Shown piece by piece: positions 1 through 13,842 of a DNA stretch of 64,000 nucleotides. Location: positions 65,906,001-65,970,000 of the forward strand of contig OX597814.1 in assembly GCA_951406725.2 (NCBI GenBank). Direction: 5' to 3'. Numbering within the stretch: the stretch's first letter is position 1; the number at the start of each line of letters is the position of its first letter. The DNA comes from Octopus vulgaris. Its lineage: Eukaryota. The translations under genes and the position numbers were made by a program. The notes below the pieces were generated by a model. The model was not told the origin of the DNA, ran no database searches, and saw only the letters and a list, made by a program, of their open reading frames with translations.

Positions 1-747
1 CCAGAAGCAAGAACGTGTCGAGTGCTCGAAGGGGAATTTGGAGATGTGCCAAGAAGATGAGTCAAAATTTTTCAAAAGACTGATTACACAGGATGAAACC
101 TGGGTCCATCACGATGATCCTGAGACCAAAGCCCAGTCAATGCAGTGGAAGCACCGTGATTCACCCCCCCTCCAAAGAAGGCAAGGGTGCAGCCCTCCGC
201 TGGCAAGGTCATGCTGACAGTCTTCTGGGACCAGGACGGAGTAATGATGACAGATTTCCTGGCAAAGGGTACCACAATTGCAGGAGCCTATTATGCTTCA
301 CTTTTGAGGAAATTAAGAGAAGTTATCAAAATCAAGAGGTGGGGCAAGATCAGCAAAGACGTCCTCCTCCTGCAGGACAACGTTCCGGTCCACAACTCGC
401 TTGTCGCCAGATCAGAAGCACGGGCGTATGGCTATGAACTCCTCCCCCAACCCCCTACTTTCCTGACCTTGCACCCTCTGATTTCCACCTCTTCCCAGTC
501 ATGAAGTTGTTTTTGAAAGGAAAGCGTTTCTCAGATGATGCAGCCTTGATTTCTGAAGTCACGTCGTGGTTGGAGGACCAAGCTGGGATCTTCTACAAAA
601 ACGGTCTCCAGAGCTGCATCAAACGATGGGAGAAATGCGTAACTCTGGGTGGTTCCTATGTAGAAAAAGACTAAAAACTGTACCAAGTTTCGTTGCTCTA
701 CTGCTATGGCAAGTGAGTCAGGGGCATTACTTATTGAACGCCCCTCG
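1..747 (+). mobile_element. Tc1/mariner element copy 1 (cut by window edge), frameshifted transposase
   Basis: Transposase motifs TQDETWVH, VMLTVFWD, LLQDN and a frameshifted PPY(F)PDLAPSDFHLF. Right TIR ...GGCATTACTTATTGAACGCCCCTCG ends at 747, followed by TA. Confidence 0.95.
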
Positions 748-961
748 TATGTGTTTCTTCATCCATAAGACCTTAGTGATCTTATTAATTTCGGGTTGGA
801 AGACAGGAAAAAACGTCTAAATGACTGACGATTCAAGTTTAAGGTCTTCTTCAGAAAGTGTCTATAGAAAGAAAAACAAAAATATGGTATGCTTACAAGA
901 CCGCACACGCACACATGCGTGTGTGTGGTGTATGCATGTTTTTACCTATATATATATATTT

Positions 962-1006
962 GTGTGTGTGTGCGCGTGTGTGTGTGCGCGTGTGTGTGTG
1001 TGCATT

Positions 1007-1060
<54 letters not shown>

Positions 1061-1092
1061 GTGTGTTTGTGTGTGTGCGCGCGGTGTGTGTG
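962..1092. repeat. (GT)n/(GC)n microsatellite
   Basis: Directly visible; source of the VCVC pseudo-ORFs. Confidence 0.95.
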
Positions 1093-1861
1093 TCTGTGGT
1101 GTTAAAAATTTTCGTTACACTGGAATTAGTGCAAGGAATTTACAGATGTTATTGTCAGTTTATGCTACAAAACGCATCTGTGCTTGTATATATGTATATT
1201 TCTGACACTGAAATATCATTAGTATGTTTCCGTCAAACTGAAAGAAGATACTCCCGCCAGTAGTTTTGACTCTGAGTAAATTCATATTTCTTCATTACAT
1301 TATACTTTATTTTATTCTTGCTTGTCATTTTGACATTGTCTTCATGCTTTTGAGTGAATAGCCTGGATACCCGTTTAAAACTATTTGTAAATTCGGTTAT
1401 TGAAACTTAGGTGGTGTTTTATCCGAGACTTTTCTGTTTAGTTTCATTCCGTGCACAGTGGATGCACGGTATATCCATTATAGCCTTTCATTCTTAGATG
1501 ATTATGATTTGAGAGTAATTTGGTTGCTATTTCTAGCTAGTGAAGCAAATATTTACAGACTCCATCATTGGCTCCTTGTAGATGCAGTTATTTTTGAGCA
1601 CGAGATGAAACCTGGTCGAGTAACTCGATGATCAAAAGCATTTCAACTACGAATATTCTGTCTTTGTTTTAACAGACATAGTCATAGTATCCCTAGTAAC
1701 AGACATAGTCATAGTCATAGTATCCTTACGTCTATATTATCTAATGTATTCCTTCTAATTGTAGTGTCTGATTTTGGTGAAAGAGATTTGCTCTCTATCT
1801 CGCTTTCTCTCTCTCTCTCTTACACTCACCCCCTCTCTCTCTCTTTCACCTATATATATAT

Positions 1862-3720
1862 ATTTAAAATATGTGAAAAGCTTTATCAGGGATGACCTAG
1901 ACATGCTGAATTACCTCCCGAAGACAGTAAAGGAAGGAACCCTGCTGGTATCTTTCGATATGGTGAATCTGTACACCAATATCCCACACGACTACTGTAT
2001 AGAAGCAATCACATTCTGGCTAGAAAAATACCCAGAAGAGATCCCAGGACGCATTAACCAGTTTTATAATCGAAGCACTCAAATTCTTCCTGCTGAACAA
2101 TTATTTCATGTTCGATATAACTTACTATCGACAAAAATGTGGAATTGCAATGGGAACCAGAGCTGCTCCAGTGATTGCAAGCCTTGTAATGGGTTACCTA
2201 GAAGTTATACCAATCATCACTAGAAAAATATGGCGCCTCATTTAATTGCTATTTAAAGGAGAACTGGGAGAGATATTTGGATGATTGCTTCATACTTTGG
2301 AAATACAGCATGGTCAAACTCCTTAATTTCAAAATAATGCTTAACAACATACATAGCAATATACAATTCACTATGGGACACAACAGTAAACAACTCCCTT
2401 TTCTAGATATCGTAGTTAAAATAGTTAACAACCACATAGAAACAGACATCTGTTATAAACCCACAAACTCTAAACAATACCTATTATTTAACTCTTGCCA
2501 CCCCAAACACATTATATACCTTTTAATCTAGCGAAAAGAATCTATACCATAGTTTCGGATACATATACTCATGAACAAAGACTCCTTGAACTTAGATCAA
2601 TACTAACTAAAAGACATTACCCAATCTCATTAATAAATGAAGGCATTAAAAGAGCTAAGGAAATAGATATACAAATATTAAGGCAAGCCAGCCGAAATAC
2701 TAAACCAGACTTTAAAATACTCCCGTACATTCCCCTCATAACCCGAGAAACAACGAAGCCTTCAACATTATCACCCAAAATCTTCCCACCCTCACAGCAG
2801 ACAAAACAATGAACGAAATTTTAAGCTCATACAAAATTATATAAAGCAAAAAGCAACCGAAGTCACTGAAAAAAATATTAACCAGCGCAAGACTATATCC
2901 ACTAACAGAGCCAAAAGTGGAAAAATGTGGTCGTTCTAACTGTGGAACATGCCCCCACATTTTGGAGGGTTCAGAATTTCCCTTCAAGCAAGGAGAAATA
3001 TTTAAGATCAAATCAAATTTCACCTGCGCCTCGGAAAATCTAATCTATATCATGACATGCTAAGGATGTGGTAACCACTATATTGGACAAACAGGAATAG
3101 CACTCCGTCGAAGAACCACCGTCCACAAAGAGCAAATCCGCCACCCATAATAAAGACAGTTAGAGGTTAGTAAACGCATAGAAAGGTGTGCCAGGAATAT
3201 TAATCCTTATTTCCAAATCTTCCCCTTCTATCAATGTTCACAGAACACCACAATTCAGTAAAGGTTGAATAAAGAGGCAATTTTCATCAATATATATCTT
3301 CCCCAACTAAATATGAACACACAACTTAATACAGAACACCACTAACCCTACACCATTCACATTACAATTCTTTATCTAACACAACTGCACTCAATCCAGA
3401 ACTACTTACCTCCCTTACAAATAATCTCTTTACCCAAGAACTATTAGACCTGACATCATTCATTAGCCGGTATTTATTCAAAGCAATGAAACCATAGTAT
3501 GCTTTGCTTTCTGACTTTTTAATCATCTCATTATAATGATTTTTATGACTTTTATTACTACCTCAGTCCATCTAAATGTATATATATCTGTCGTTACCTT
3601 TCATAAAAAAGCCTTTTCTTTTATTATTTACAATGTGCATTGTCGTTGATTTTTATTCTTTTCCCCTTACATTTCCATGTGTATTTTATATTTTCTTCTT
3701 GTAACATATTTCTACTATAT
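1862..3720 (+). mobile_element. Penelope-like retroelement, 5'-truncated and degenerate (RT + GIY-YIG + 3' pLTR)
   Basis: RT motifs LVSFDMVNLYTNIP, GIAMGT, RYLDDCFILW, LPFLDI, YKPTNSKQYLLFNSCHPKH. GIY-YIG NLIYIMTC*GCGNHYIGQTG near 3035-3095. Frameshifts and stops present. The 3' end (about 3520-3720) is homologous to the fold-back at 46738-47140. Confidence 0.9.
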
Positions 3721-4019
3721 ACATATATATATATAGGCGCAGATGTGACTGTGCAAGAAACTTACTTCCCAACCATATGGTTCCGAGTTCAGTCCCACGA
3801 AGTGTTAATTCTTACAAAAATTCCTCTCTCCGTTTTTTCATTCTCTCTCTTTTTACCTCTTAATCCAGTCCTTTCTGTTGAATAGCGTAAGGTTGAAATG
3901 TAAAATACGTTTACATTCTTCCCGAGCGTTAAACTAATACACCTGCACGTTGTTCCTACACCTTTCCTCGTCTTCTCCCTTGCCAGTTTATTAAGATAGT
4001 GCTCTTGTGCCTAATCAGT

Positions 4020-4135
4020 CGTTTTGACTCTTATTTCTAGCAATATAGGTACCACTTTGTACCCTCTGTCACCTTAGTGACGTCTATAAATTTTCCATTT
4101 GGTTGTTAAATTGCTTATAAGCCACCCACACTATA
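4020..4135 (+). repeat. Direct repeat, partner at about 5640-5745 (flanks mariner copy 2)
   Basis: GTTTTGACT.TTATTTCTAG...GTACCCTC.GTCACCTTAGTGACGTCTATAAATTT present at both sites. Confidence 0.75.
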
Positions 4136-4193
4136 TATAGCGTTCACCTCTACCGTTTTTGGAATCAGCACGTTTGCAACGGATTTTATTGTA

Positions 4194-5486
4194 CGAGGGG
4201 AGTTCAATAAGTAATGCCCCTGACCCACTTCCCATAGCAGTAGAGCAACGAAACTTGGCACAGTTATTGATCTTTTTCTACATAGGAACCACTCGGAGTT
4301 ACGCCTTTCTCCCATCGTTTAATGCAGCTCTGGAGACCGTTTTTGTAGAAGACCCCAGCTTGGTCCTCCAACCACGACGTGACTTCAGAAATCAAGGCTG
4401 CATCATCTGGGAAACACTTTCCTTTCAAAAACAACTTCATGACTGGGAAGAGGTGAAAATCAGAGGGTGCAAGGTCAGGAAAGTAGGGGTTTGGGGGAGG
4501 AGTTCATAGCCATACGCCCGTGCTTCTGATCTGGCGACAAGCGAGTTGTGGACCGGAGCGTTGTCCTGCAGGAGGAGGATGCTTTTGCTGATCTTGCCCC
4601 GCCTCTTGATTTTGATAGCTTCTCTTAATTTCCTCAAATGTGAAGCATAATAGGCTCCTGTAATTGTGGTACCCTTTTCCAGGAAATCTGTCATCATTAC
4701 ACCGTCCTGGTCCCAGAAGACTGTGAGCATGATCTTGCCAGCTGAGGGCTGCACCCTTGCCTTCTTTGGAGGGGGGTGAGTCACGGTGCTTCCACTGCAT
4801 TGACTGGGCTTCGGTCTCTGGATCATAGTGATGGACCCAGGTGTCATTCTGTGTAATCAGTCTTTTGAAAAATTTTGACTCATCTTCTTGGCACATCTCC
4901 AAATTCATCCTCGAGCACTCGACGCGTTCTTGCTTCTGGAAAGGTGTGAGCAACCTGGGAATCCATCTGGCAGACACCTTTTGCATATGCAAATAGTCAT
5001 GAAGGATAGTTTCTACAGACCCGGTACTAATCTTGACCTCATGAACTATTTGGCGAATAGTTATGCGTCGATCTTCCAAAATGGCAGCCTCAACTTGACG
5101 GACAGATACCTCATCAATGGCAGAAGTGGGGTGACCAGATCTGGGAGCTGTTTCCACAGAGTTCCGACCATGTTTTAATTCACGATGCCAGCATTTTACA
5201 AGGTCATATGGTGGGGCATCATCACCATAAGTTACTTTCATTTCAGCAAAGGACGCCCGTGGTATGCATCCTTTCAAATACAAAAACCGGATCACTGTTC
5301 GACACTCAACAGGCTCCATTTCACACTTGACTCAGTTAAAACACTTGTAAATCAGAAACCACAATTAGTTCAGAGCTGTGATTTGCTACTTAATCTATAG
5401 AGACATCAATAATTGCACATGCAAAATTTCAGCTAGATCAAAATACTGCAAGTGGGCCAGAGGCATTACTTATTGAACACCTCTCG
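4194..5486 (-). mobile_element. Tc1/mariner element copy 2, full length (~1.29 kb), inactive
   Basis: TIRs CGAGGGGAGTTCAATAAGTAATGCC / GGCATTACTTATTGAACACCTCTCG, flanked by TA (4192-4193, 5487-5488). Transposase starts at 5319 (MEPVECRTVIRFL...WIPRLLT) and has frameshifts. Confidence 0.96.
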
Positions 5487-5764
5487 TAAGTTGACGGAGT
5501 GAGTCGAGCTTAACCATAGGTACAGTAACAACCACTGTAAGAACCACTGATGCTCTGCATCAAAATTCGAAATCACAAGTGATATAGATATGTCTGCGAC
5601 TGTAGGGAGGCTTGCCTCCCTTGTCAGCTTTTAACGATAGTTTTGACTTTTATTTCTAGTAATGCCAGTACCACTTGTACCCTCCGTCACCTTAGTGACG
5701 TCTATAAATTTGTCTTTAGATTGTTAAAAGGCTAATAAGCCTATATTATTTATTTGTGTGTGTG

Positions 5765-6006
5765 TACATTTATGTGAGTGTGTATGTGTTTGTGTTTGTC
5801 TTTGCCATCGCTTGACAACCGATGTTGCTGTGTTTATGTCCCCGTGTCTTACTGGCTCGGCAGAAGCGACCGATAAAATAAGTACTAGGCTTACAACGAA
5901 TAATTCCAGATGTCAATTTCTCCGACTAAAACCCTTTAAAGCAGTGCTCCAGCACGGTCGCATTCAACTGACTGAAACGTGTAAAAGAATAAAAGAATAA
6001 AAGAAT
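5765..6006 (+). mobile_element. SINE family A, 3' half (degenerate)
   Basis: CGCTTGACAACCGATG...GACCGATAAAATAAGTACTAGGCTTACAA...AAAGAATAAAAGAAT tail matches the copies at 26445 and 56495. Confidence 0.8.
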
Positions 6007-6361
6007 ATGTGGTTGCATAACGAAATACCAAGTACCTACAAAACATTAGTTTTTACGTACCAGATCCAGGAATGTGTTTAATATGTGAATTGATATATCT
6101 AATAAACACCACTGTATGCGGTGGCTATGTAAGCAATGTCTTCGAGGGTAAGAATGGGTTAGATGAGTGCTGATGATGGAGCAAAATCCCTCGGACTATG
6201 GCATATATATTCATTACCCATTTTTGTCTTCGATCCCATTGTTTGTTCACATCTGATGTCTCGATACGAAACATAGCAGAAAACCACTGCTGGCTATAAT
6301 TTCTAATATCTGTAGAAATAACCTTAACAAAATAATGGAAATAACGCAGTAGAACGTGGTA

Positions 6362-7497
6362 TCTCTTATTATAAAAGGCAGATTTTATCTGCCTCCCTTT
6401 GGGAGTTATACAAATCTACAATATAGGATTTCTTCAATTACAATTTACCTAGCATTTTTAAGAGTACAATGCATCGCGTCATGCCAGGTCCAGTTTTTAA
6501 AATTTAAACTCCAATTAAGCAAAATTTACAGAAAACTCACATTCTGGTGTGTGTGTCAAATGCTTTTCTTAGTCTGGTTTACACCACACGCAAACGCACA
6601 CACACAAAGGGAGCGAATTGTTTCACTGACGCTATCACCCTTCTCCTCATTTGTCTTTGCAAGTTTGCAGCTATTAAAGTGAAAACAGTGAATCCGACAG
6701 CGATAAAGAAAACGAATTGGTACCTGAATGGAGTGAAAATTTAAAAACTGTTTCTTTCGGTGAGTTTTCTGAAGAAACTGGACCAAGCCACAGACTTTCC
6801 CAGAAGAGTAAAGCCTTAGACTATTTCTATTTACTTTTTCGAATGAGCCTATTTGAAATCATTACGCTAAACGTAAACAAACCGAAAGAAAGGATAGTTT
6901 GTTATTTCCCACAACCTTAAATGAAATTAAGGCCTATTTGCCATAAATATTATTATGGGTATCAGAAAGTTACTCAGAATAACAAATTCTATTGTAAAAT
7001 TTTGTTGTATACCCAATTGAATATTAGCTAATAACCCATTTTCTATAGCGATGTTTGAACAAAATTTTAATAATTTTACAGAAAGTTACCCAGAATAACA
7101 AATTCTATCGTAAAATTTTGTTGTATACCCAATTGAATATTAGCTAATAACCCATTTTCTATAGCGATGTTTGAACAAAATTTTAATAATTTTACAGAAA
7201 GTTACCCAGAATAACAAACGAGCCCTTCTGGGTATTAGCGCGCGTCTACGATGAGTCTACGATTTAAAAAAAAATTACCATCATATTTTTCCATTTTAAT
7301 GCATTTTTTCCGCTTTTATATAAGGGAAGTAACTCTCTAAAAATATCTACGATGTGTCAACGATTTAAAGAAAAATTTACCTTATTTTTTTTTCAATTTT
7401 TAATTCATTTTTTTGCTACTTTTTGGCTATAACTCTCTAAAAATGCTTATATAGTTATTTCCCTTACAACCCGAGCAACGCCGGGCGATACTGCTAG
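6362..7497 (+). mobile_element. Non-autonomous Helitron
   Basis: 5' TCTCTTATTATAAAA; 3' hairpin CCCGAGCAACGCCGGG followed 8 nt later by terminal CTAG; inserted between A (6361) and T (7498); no ORF. Confidence 0.75.
6963..7218 (+). repeat. 116-bp tandem repeat, 2.2 copies, inside the Helitron
   Basis: Units start at 6963, 7079 and 7195 (CAGAAAGTTAC.CAGAATAACAAA), near-identical. Confidence 0.92.
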
Positions 7498-7597
7498 TTG
7501 ACTTATAAAAAGATTTGATATACTTTATAAAATACTATTTGCATAACGAAATACCACATACCTACAAACCTGTAATTACGTACATACATACACATCT

Positions 7598-7658
<61 letters not shown>

Positions 7659-8357
7659 TGTGTGTGCGTGTGCGTGTGTGTGTGCGTATGTAAGTATGCA
7701 TGTATGTATGTTTTTAATTATTTAAATTCTTCCTCTGAAGAAGGGGCTGGTTTCTACCAAAGATACGATGCTCCATCATTAGAATGTAGATAACGAAAAC
7801 AATGTAACATTTTAAACTTGAGAAAGTCTTGTATCTTTCTACTGTTCTGCTTACAGACTCTGCAATGTGCCTAAATAAATAAATGAAGATTCAGAGTTCT
7901 GGAGTAGACACAATACTGAAGATATCTTCATGACATAGAACGTTAAGGTTCACAATTTATGTGTAGGCAGCATGGTGTCCCAGAACGGAATAACTCCGTT
8001 AATTTGTAACTATGCAAAGAAAAAAGTAAAATAAATAAATGAAAATAAAAAATTTGTATACTAAATAAGCTGATCATATCTGGGAACATGAAAAGGGTTT
8101 ATACATTGATATTAATATTGAAACATTTTCACAGCTCCTTTCTTTCAACATCAACCCTTATTTAGGTATAGAAACAAAGAGACGTCTATATCACAATGTA
8201 TCGGAAAAATAAGTCCAGGGAGTGAAGTGTTTTCCAATAGCATGGTATAAGGGTTACAGGGCTAAACCATATTTAAAAAGACGAGAAATAATAGGCCTTG
8301 CCTAACATAAATTTTCATGATCCTGAAACAACCAGTAACATTTCTAAACCAAATAAA

Positions 8358-8580
8358 GCGGCAAGCCGGCAGAATAGGTGGCGCGGCTAAATGCTTTGCG
8401 GCATTTCGTCTCTCTTTACGTTCTGAGTTCAAATTCCGCCGAGGTAGATTTTGCTTTTAACCCTTTCGGCGTCGATGAATAATACCAGTTGAACGCTGAA
8501 GTCGCTGTAGTTAACTTACCCCACAACCACCACCACCTCAAAATTGCTAGTCTCGTGCCAAAAATTGAAATCATTATTTC
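8358..8580 (+). mobile_element. SINE family B (tRNA-derived head, Meta-domain-like centre), degenerate
   Basis: GCGGCAAGCCGGCAGAA...GAGTTCAAATTCCGCCGAGG...CCTTTCGGCGTCGAT...TACCAG, similar to 19628-19826. Confidence 0.75.
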
Positions 8581-10492
8581 TAAAACCGAAGATAAGAGAT
8601 ATTTCCAGCTTTCAACGCCGCCAGTTCCCTTTAGAAATTCCCAGAATTCGCAAACTTTCGAGTATCACAAGCTATAAAACTTAGTTTCTAAAACAAATCA
8701 TCTCCCCAAAATTAATTTTAAGTATTCTTAATTAGCCACACTAAGTGCTTGTTCTTGAAGGTAACAGTCCTGAATTACATCTCAATAGATAGAGACTCGG
8801 AGGTGTGCGTATGATAATGTTATCATATGATAATGTGACCAGCTTTGATCAATAAAATCCGATTACTCCTCTATGGACATGTAGTGGTTAGTGTATTAGG
8901 TTGGTATGAAATATCCGTCTACCAAATGTAGCATGTAGTTGTAACGCTTGAGGTTCTCACGATGGAGATCCAGTGAAGAACATCGAAGAATAACACCAAA
9001 AAGGAAGGAATATTATTTACTTTTTTTACTTGCCTGGTTAGTAATTGTAGTGATAGTGACAAAAGGTTCGCCCACTGGTTGGTAGTCGATAGCGTCAAGT
9101 TGCGTTTTGCTAGTAGAGAGAGAGAGAAAGAGTATGGAATGCGCTGTGCTGACAAGAGAGTAAGAAACGATAAAGGTGGCATCGTTGTTTCTTGATTTCG
9201 GCCGAAAGTTTCTCTTGCGACTGAAGGACGAAGGGAAGTGTTGCTCTTGATCATGGAGGACAGAGGGCGAGAAAGGAAATGGTATCTGCTATATATCTCT
9301 GGCCAGGAATGTAGGTAAAATTCTAAACAAACGACTAAGCTTTCCGTGACCAGCAAGGTCTAAAGAGATCAAGTGTTTCCCATTAATCATCCAATGAGGA
9401 GATGCAAACAAAGGATTTCCCGTTTGCTTGACAAGCAACAAGCGAGTGGATTTTGTTTCACATCTCAGATAGGGCCAAGCGAAGTCCTACAGGCATAAAT
9501 TCTTCTGCCGTCTTCCATAATATACTCTGAAGGATCACAGACATGTATCTTTGTGTGAATATGTAAAATTGTATGAAGAGAAAGTGAATTCAGTAACTAC
9601 TTTCCAACACATATGCATGTGAACACGCACGCACACATACATGTTTAAAAGCTAAAATACCTGAAATAGAGCTACACCCTCTCAAATTAGCTGAAAAGAA
9701 TGGCCCCGACACTACCTAATAAGGATAACATTAATTGTTTAATTGCAAAGTCTGAAGTTGTAATCAAAATGAATTGTAATGCGCACTGCATAAACCAACA
9801 GAAAGAATAAATTCGGCTTCAGATGTCTTTAGTGTCCCATGAGCCCAAAGTTTTCGAACTTTTTGAACCTGACTTTTAAAATCTGTTATCTGATAACAGA
9901 TAAGAGTTTTTAAAATACACCAACAACTTTTAGAGCACACCACAAAAAATTTTAACAAAATTGTAATAATCGAATGTTTCTTAGGTAAATACATATATAT
10001 GCACATCCATTGACACCTTGTTAATCTAAATACCTATGACTATATGAGCATCAGCTCTGTCACTCACCAAGCTCTTAATTTGGACACAACCGAGGATGAT
10101 ATTATTAACAGTCATCGATTAACACCCAACATGAATAACAAGAAAAATGACCCCTTTATCACTCGTGAATGAATTACATTTTTTAAAATATTCCTTTGGA
10201 ATTTTGAGCAAAAGAGAATTAGTGAATTCTTGATAGCGAATTCCTCCTTTATAGCTGGTTGAATTAGAATATTTCCTGCGTAAAATAGCTATATGATTTT
10301 AAAAAATGCTAAAAAAATATTCATTTATTCAGTAACACAATCCTCCTTTCACAAAGAATAACTATCTTGCTTAAGTGAGTTTAGTAACGCACAAAAGCAG
10401 GAAAGGTGACTGCTTTCCTTTATGAAAACTTTGTTGAGAAATAAACGATTCCCTCTCCCCTTTTTTAACAAACGATGTGATATGAAGATATT

Positions 10493-10980
10493 CGAGATGC
10501 GTTCAAAAAGTATCCGACTTTCTTTTTTCTTGACAAAACTAATACCACGTGGGTAAAATACTTTGCGTGGGAGGTAATGCCAAAATTTTTGCGCGTGCGT
10601 AAAACTTTTTGCGCCGGTAGGCCGTGTCAGTTCCTAGCTTTTACGCCTAGTGTACAGACGTATAGTGCTCAACAGAAGCAACTCCGTTTTGAAATCGCTC
10701 AGGATATGCTGGACTGTGCAAACCACGACCCATACTTCATGAAGACCATCATCAACAGTGATGAGACACGGATTTGTGGCCTCTGCTCAATGCGTTCGGT
10801 CATCTTGCGTGAAAACGAAAATCCAACGAGGCACACTACAAGTCTGTACATAACAGCCGAGAACTGAGGCGGCGGGCGAGAAAATGTTCACGAATGCGCA
10901 TGCAGGGTGACGTCATCCCCCATCCAAAGGATTCTGAACACGCGGTATTAGTTTTAGCAGTACTTTGTGAACGCATCTTT
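10493..10980 (+). mobile_element. Internally deleted mariner derivative
   Basis: Imperfect TIRs GAGATGCGTTCAAAAAGTA / TACTTTGTGAACGCATCT; transposase remnant QKQLRFEIAQDMLDCANHDPYFMKTIINSDET. Confidence 0.8.
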
Positions 10981-12099
10981 TATAGTACTGGAGACATAAA
11001 AAAGTCAATTTTGCATTTGATCAAATTAATATAGTACGAGTTCAGTGCATGACACTGAAATAGATGATAATTTTCTAACGTTTTTCGAAAAAAACCACAT
11101 CTTGATAACTGATGTTTTTCCATATGTTTGAAAATATTAATATTTTGCTACACTGCTTCCTAAAATCATAACATGAAACTCAGATTAACGATTTCATAAA
11201 TTTCGGATTTTATTAAAATATATACACCCTCTTTTGTGCATTGAGGAGTTTTGCCATATATAAAAACACATGCATTCAATATATAAGTGCACGAGACATA
11301 CTCAAGCATACGCACACGCGCACACACGAAAAGAAATCCACACACAAAACAAACGCACACAAATGCAGACGCTCATATGCACACACGATTGCACATACAT
11401 ACAAGTATCATCAAAGATGAAAAAATGTCGAGGATATTCGGAAGAGGCGTTTTAAGGAGATACTGTCGTGGAAGAGAATATATTGGCATGCCAAAACGCT
11501 ATTCAAATCCTAGACACCAGAATTCATAAGAAATATTAACATTGAATAAGTGTTAGAGTAGGAAAGATTTGTCGTTAAAATATCTAAAAAGACTGATGAA
11601 ATGTGTAAAATATATCAATAGACTTACAGTGAGGCGCTATTTGCTAGTTGTTTGAGTGCCTCTTAAAGGCTTTTGGAAGCCAAAGATGTGTGATTGTAAG
11701 AAGCGATGAACGAATAAGTCGTTTCGTTGTAAGAAGCGTTAAAGCACACATACAGTAACATGCACATACACGCACATATATACATACACATACGTATGAT
11801 ATATATTTAAACACGCGTATATATGGGTAAATATACATAAATATGTACATGAATATATAAATGTTTGTATGCATATGTATATGTCGGTATATATGTATCT
11901 GTGTGTGCGCATATACCTATAGACAGAAAGATATATGTTTATATATATATTTGTGTAAATATATATCTATATATATATACACATATTTACATACTTATAT
12001 ATGCATACCCGCATATAAATGCACACACACACTTGTATATACTATACATATATATATATATATGCTTATGTCCATGTGAGTATGATTATATACATGCAA

Positions 12100-12143
<44 letters not shown>

Positions 12144-12155
12144 GCGTACAGAGAT

Positions 12156-12156
12156 G

Positions 12157-12228
<72 letters not shown>
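12156..12228. repeat. (GATA)n microsatellite
   Basis: Directly visible. Confidence 0.95.
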
Positions 12229-12230
<2 letters not shown>

Positions 12231-12646
12231 GAGAGAGCGAGAGAGAGAGAGAGATGTATATATTTATTAATTAATTTTTTGTCAGGAATGCAGGCAGTGC
12301 CCATATCTCTATGCAGAGTCTTGAAACTATTGTGAGTGAGGCAGGAAGGAATCAACCAACCAGAAGCGTACAGCGTATGCTAGTATAGAATGTACACTGT
12401 TAAAGGCACCGAAAGTGTCATGTGGTAGTGGAACCCATGAAGGCCAGGACAAGATTTGGACTCAGAGCGAGGACAGTGGAAGGAAATACTACGAAGTATT
12501 ATGTCGGCGACTTCCAGAAATACCAATTTCCCTCCCATTTGTTATGCAGATGTATGTATGCGTTCGTGTGTTTGTACATTTATGCCTATCTTCGTTTCCA
12601 CCCTCTATCTCACTTTCTCACACTCTCTGCCTGTCTGTCTGTCTGC

Positions 12647-12680
<34 letters not shown>

Positions 12681-12747
12681 GTGTGTGTGTATGTGTATGT
12701 GTGTGAGTGTGTGTGTGTGTGTTATAATTTAGAACAAACAGTAAAAG

Positions 12748-12825
12748 GTTGTCATTATAGTACTCTGAGTTTCGAATGTGGGAGCGAAGAGCTACGATAC
12801 ATTCTCGTCGGCTATTAATGGCAAC
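12748..12825 (-). ncRNA. Type I hammerhead ribozyme motif, CCGACGA core variant
   Basis: Minus strand: gttgccattaatag CCGACGA gaatgt..acattc GAAA ctcagag TA ctataatgacaac; helices I and II pair. Confidence 0.75.
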
Positions 12826-13290
12826 AGAGGCTATGAAAATAGCGTTGAATAAAAAGCAAGTTACTCTAATAGGTAGAAAAAAAATACGCGCAACCATATT
12901 CTCACAATATGTTTGTGTTCAGAATTGTGGATTTCGTTAGTTTTACACATGCATAGATACATGTTATATATATATATATTTAAAGCTGAAAAATATATAT
13001 TCAGAGTTTCACGATACCGTTCGTCGGACAGTTATGATTATACTATGTGTGTGTGTGTGCAGGGGGAAATGTATGCGCAAGGTGCTTGGCAAAATTACCG
13101 TTTTTGTTGACGTTCATATAACATAAATACTTGTCAACTAGTCTGCTATATCCCAAATATGTCTGTGTTTAGAATTTTGGATTTCGTTAGTTTTACACAT
13201 GTTATATATATATATATATATATATAGGCGCCAATATGGCCGCAGTCAAACGACAGAAGCAAATCAATGAATACACACCACACACATATA

Positions 13291-13611
13291 GATGGCACTT
13301 CGTAGGTTACGACGACTAGGGTTCTAGTCGATTCGGTCATCAGAAAAGCCAGTTCGTGAAATTAACGTGGATATGGCTGAGCATTCAACAAACATGTGTA
13401 CTCTTGACGTAATTCTCAATGAGATCCAGTGTAACACAGAGTGTGACAACGCTGGCCTTCTGAAATAAAGGTACTACATATTTTTACCAGCGGATTAGAG
13501 CAACGGGAAACAAAGTGTCGTGCTCAAGAACAAAACGTGCCGTCGGGAGTTGAACTCACTACATTAAGATCGTAAGCTGAATACTCTAACCACTAAAACA
13601 TACACCTTCAC
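13291..13611 (-). mobile_element. SINE family C (tRNA-derived), degenerate
   Basis: Minus-strand head with A-box-like TAGTGGTTAG and B-box GAGTTCAACTCCC, then TGTTCTTGAGCA.GACACTT; related copy at 52741-52990. Confidence 0.7.
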
Positions 13612-13662
13612 TATATATATGTGTGTGTGTGGGGTATATGTGTGTGTATATATATGTATATA

Positions 13663-13704
<42 letters not shown>

Positions 13705-13792
13705 CCTATTTCAAAATTTGGTATGTGGTGAAGCAGTTAGGTGACCTCTAATTATAATTATGCTTATAATTAGAGAATATTTGTACACACTT

Positions 13793-13834
<42 letters not shown>

Positions 13835-13842
<8 letters not shown>

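Noticed and set aside
821-1263. VCVC/YIYI/HTHT ORFs here and throughout the window
   Set aside because: Stop-free translations of (GT)n, (AT)n and (CA)n microsatellites, not genes.
3868-3906. Possible HHR CTGTTGA..GAAATGTA
   Set aside because: Core and helix II too degenerate to call.
6150-6222. HHR-like string GATGAGTG CTGATGA ... TATTCATT
   Set aside because: Helix I pairs but GAAA is absent (GGAC); at best a decayed motif.
6963-7218. CRISPR-like array
   Set aside because: Whole units are repeated with no unique spacers; eukaryotic context.
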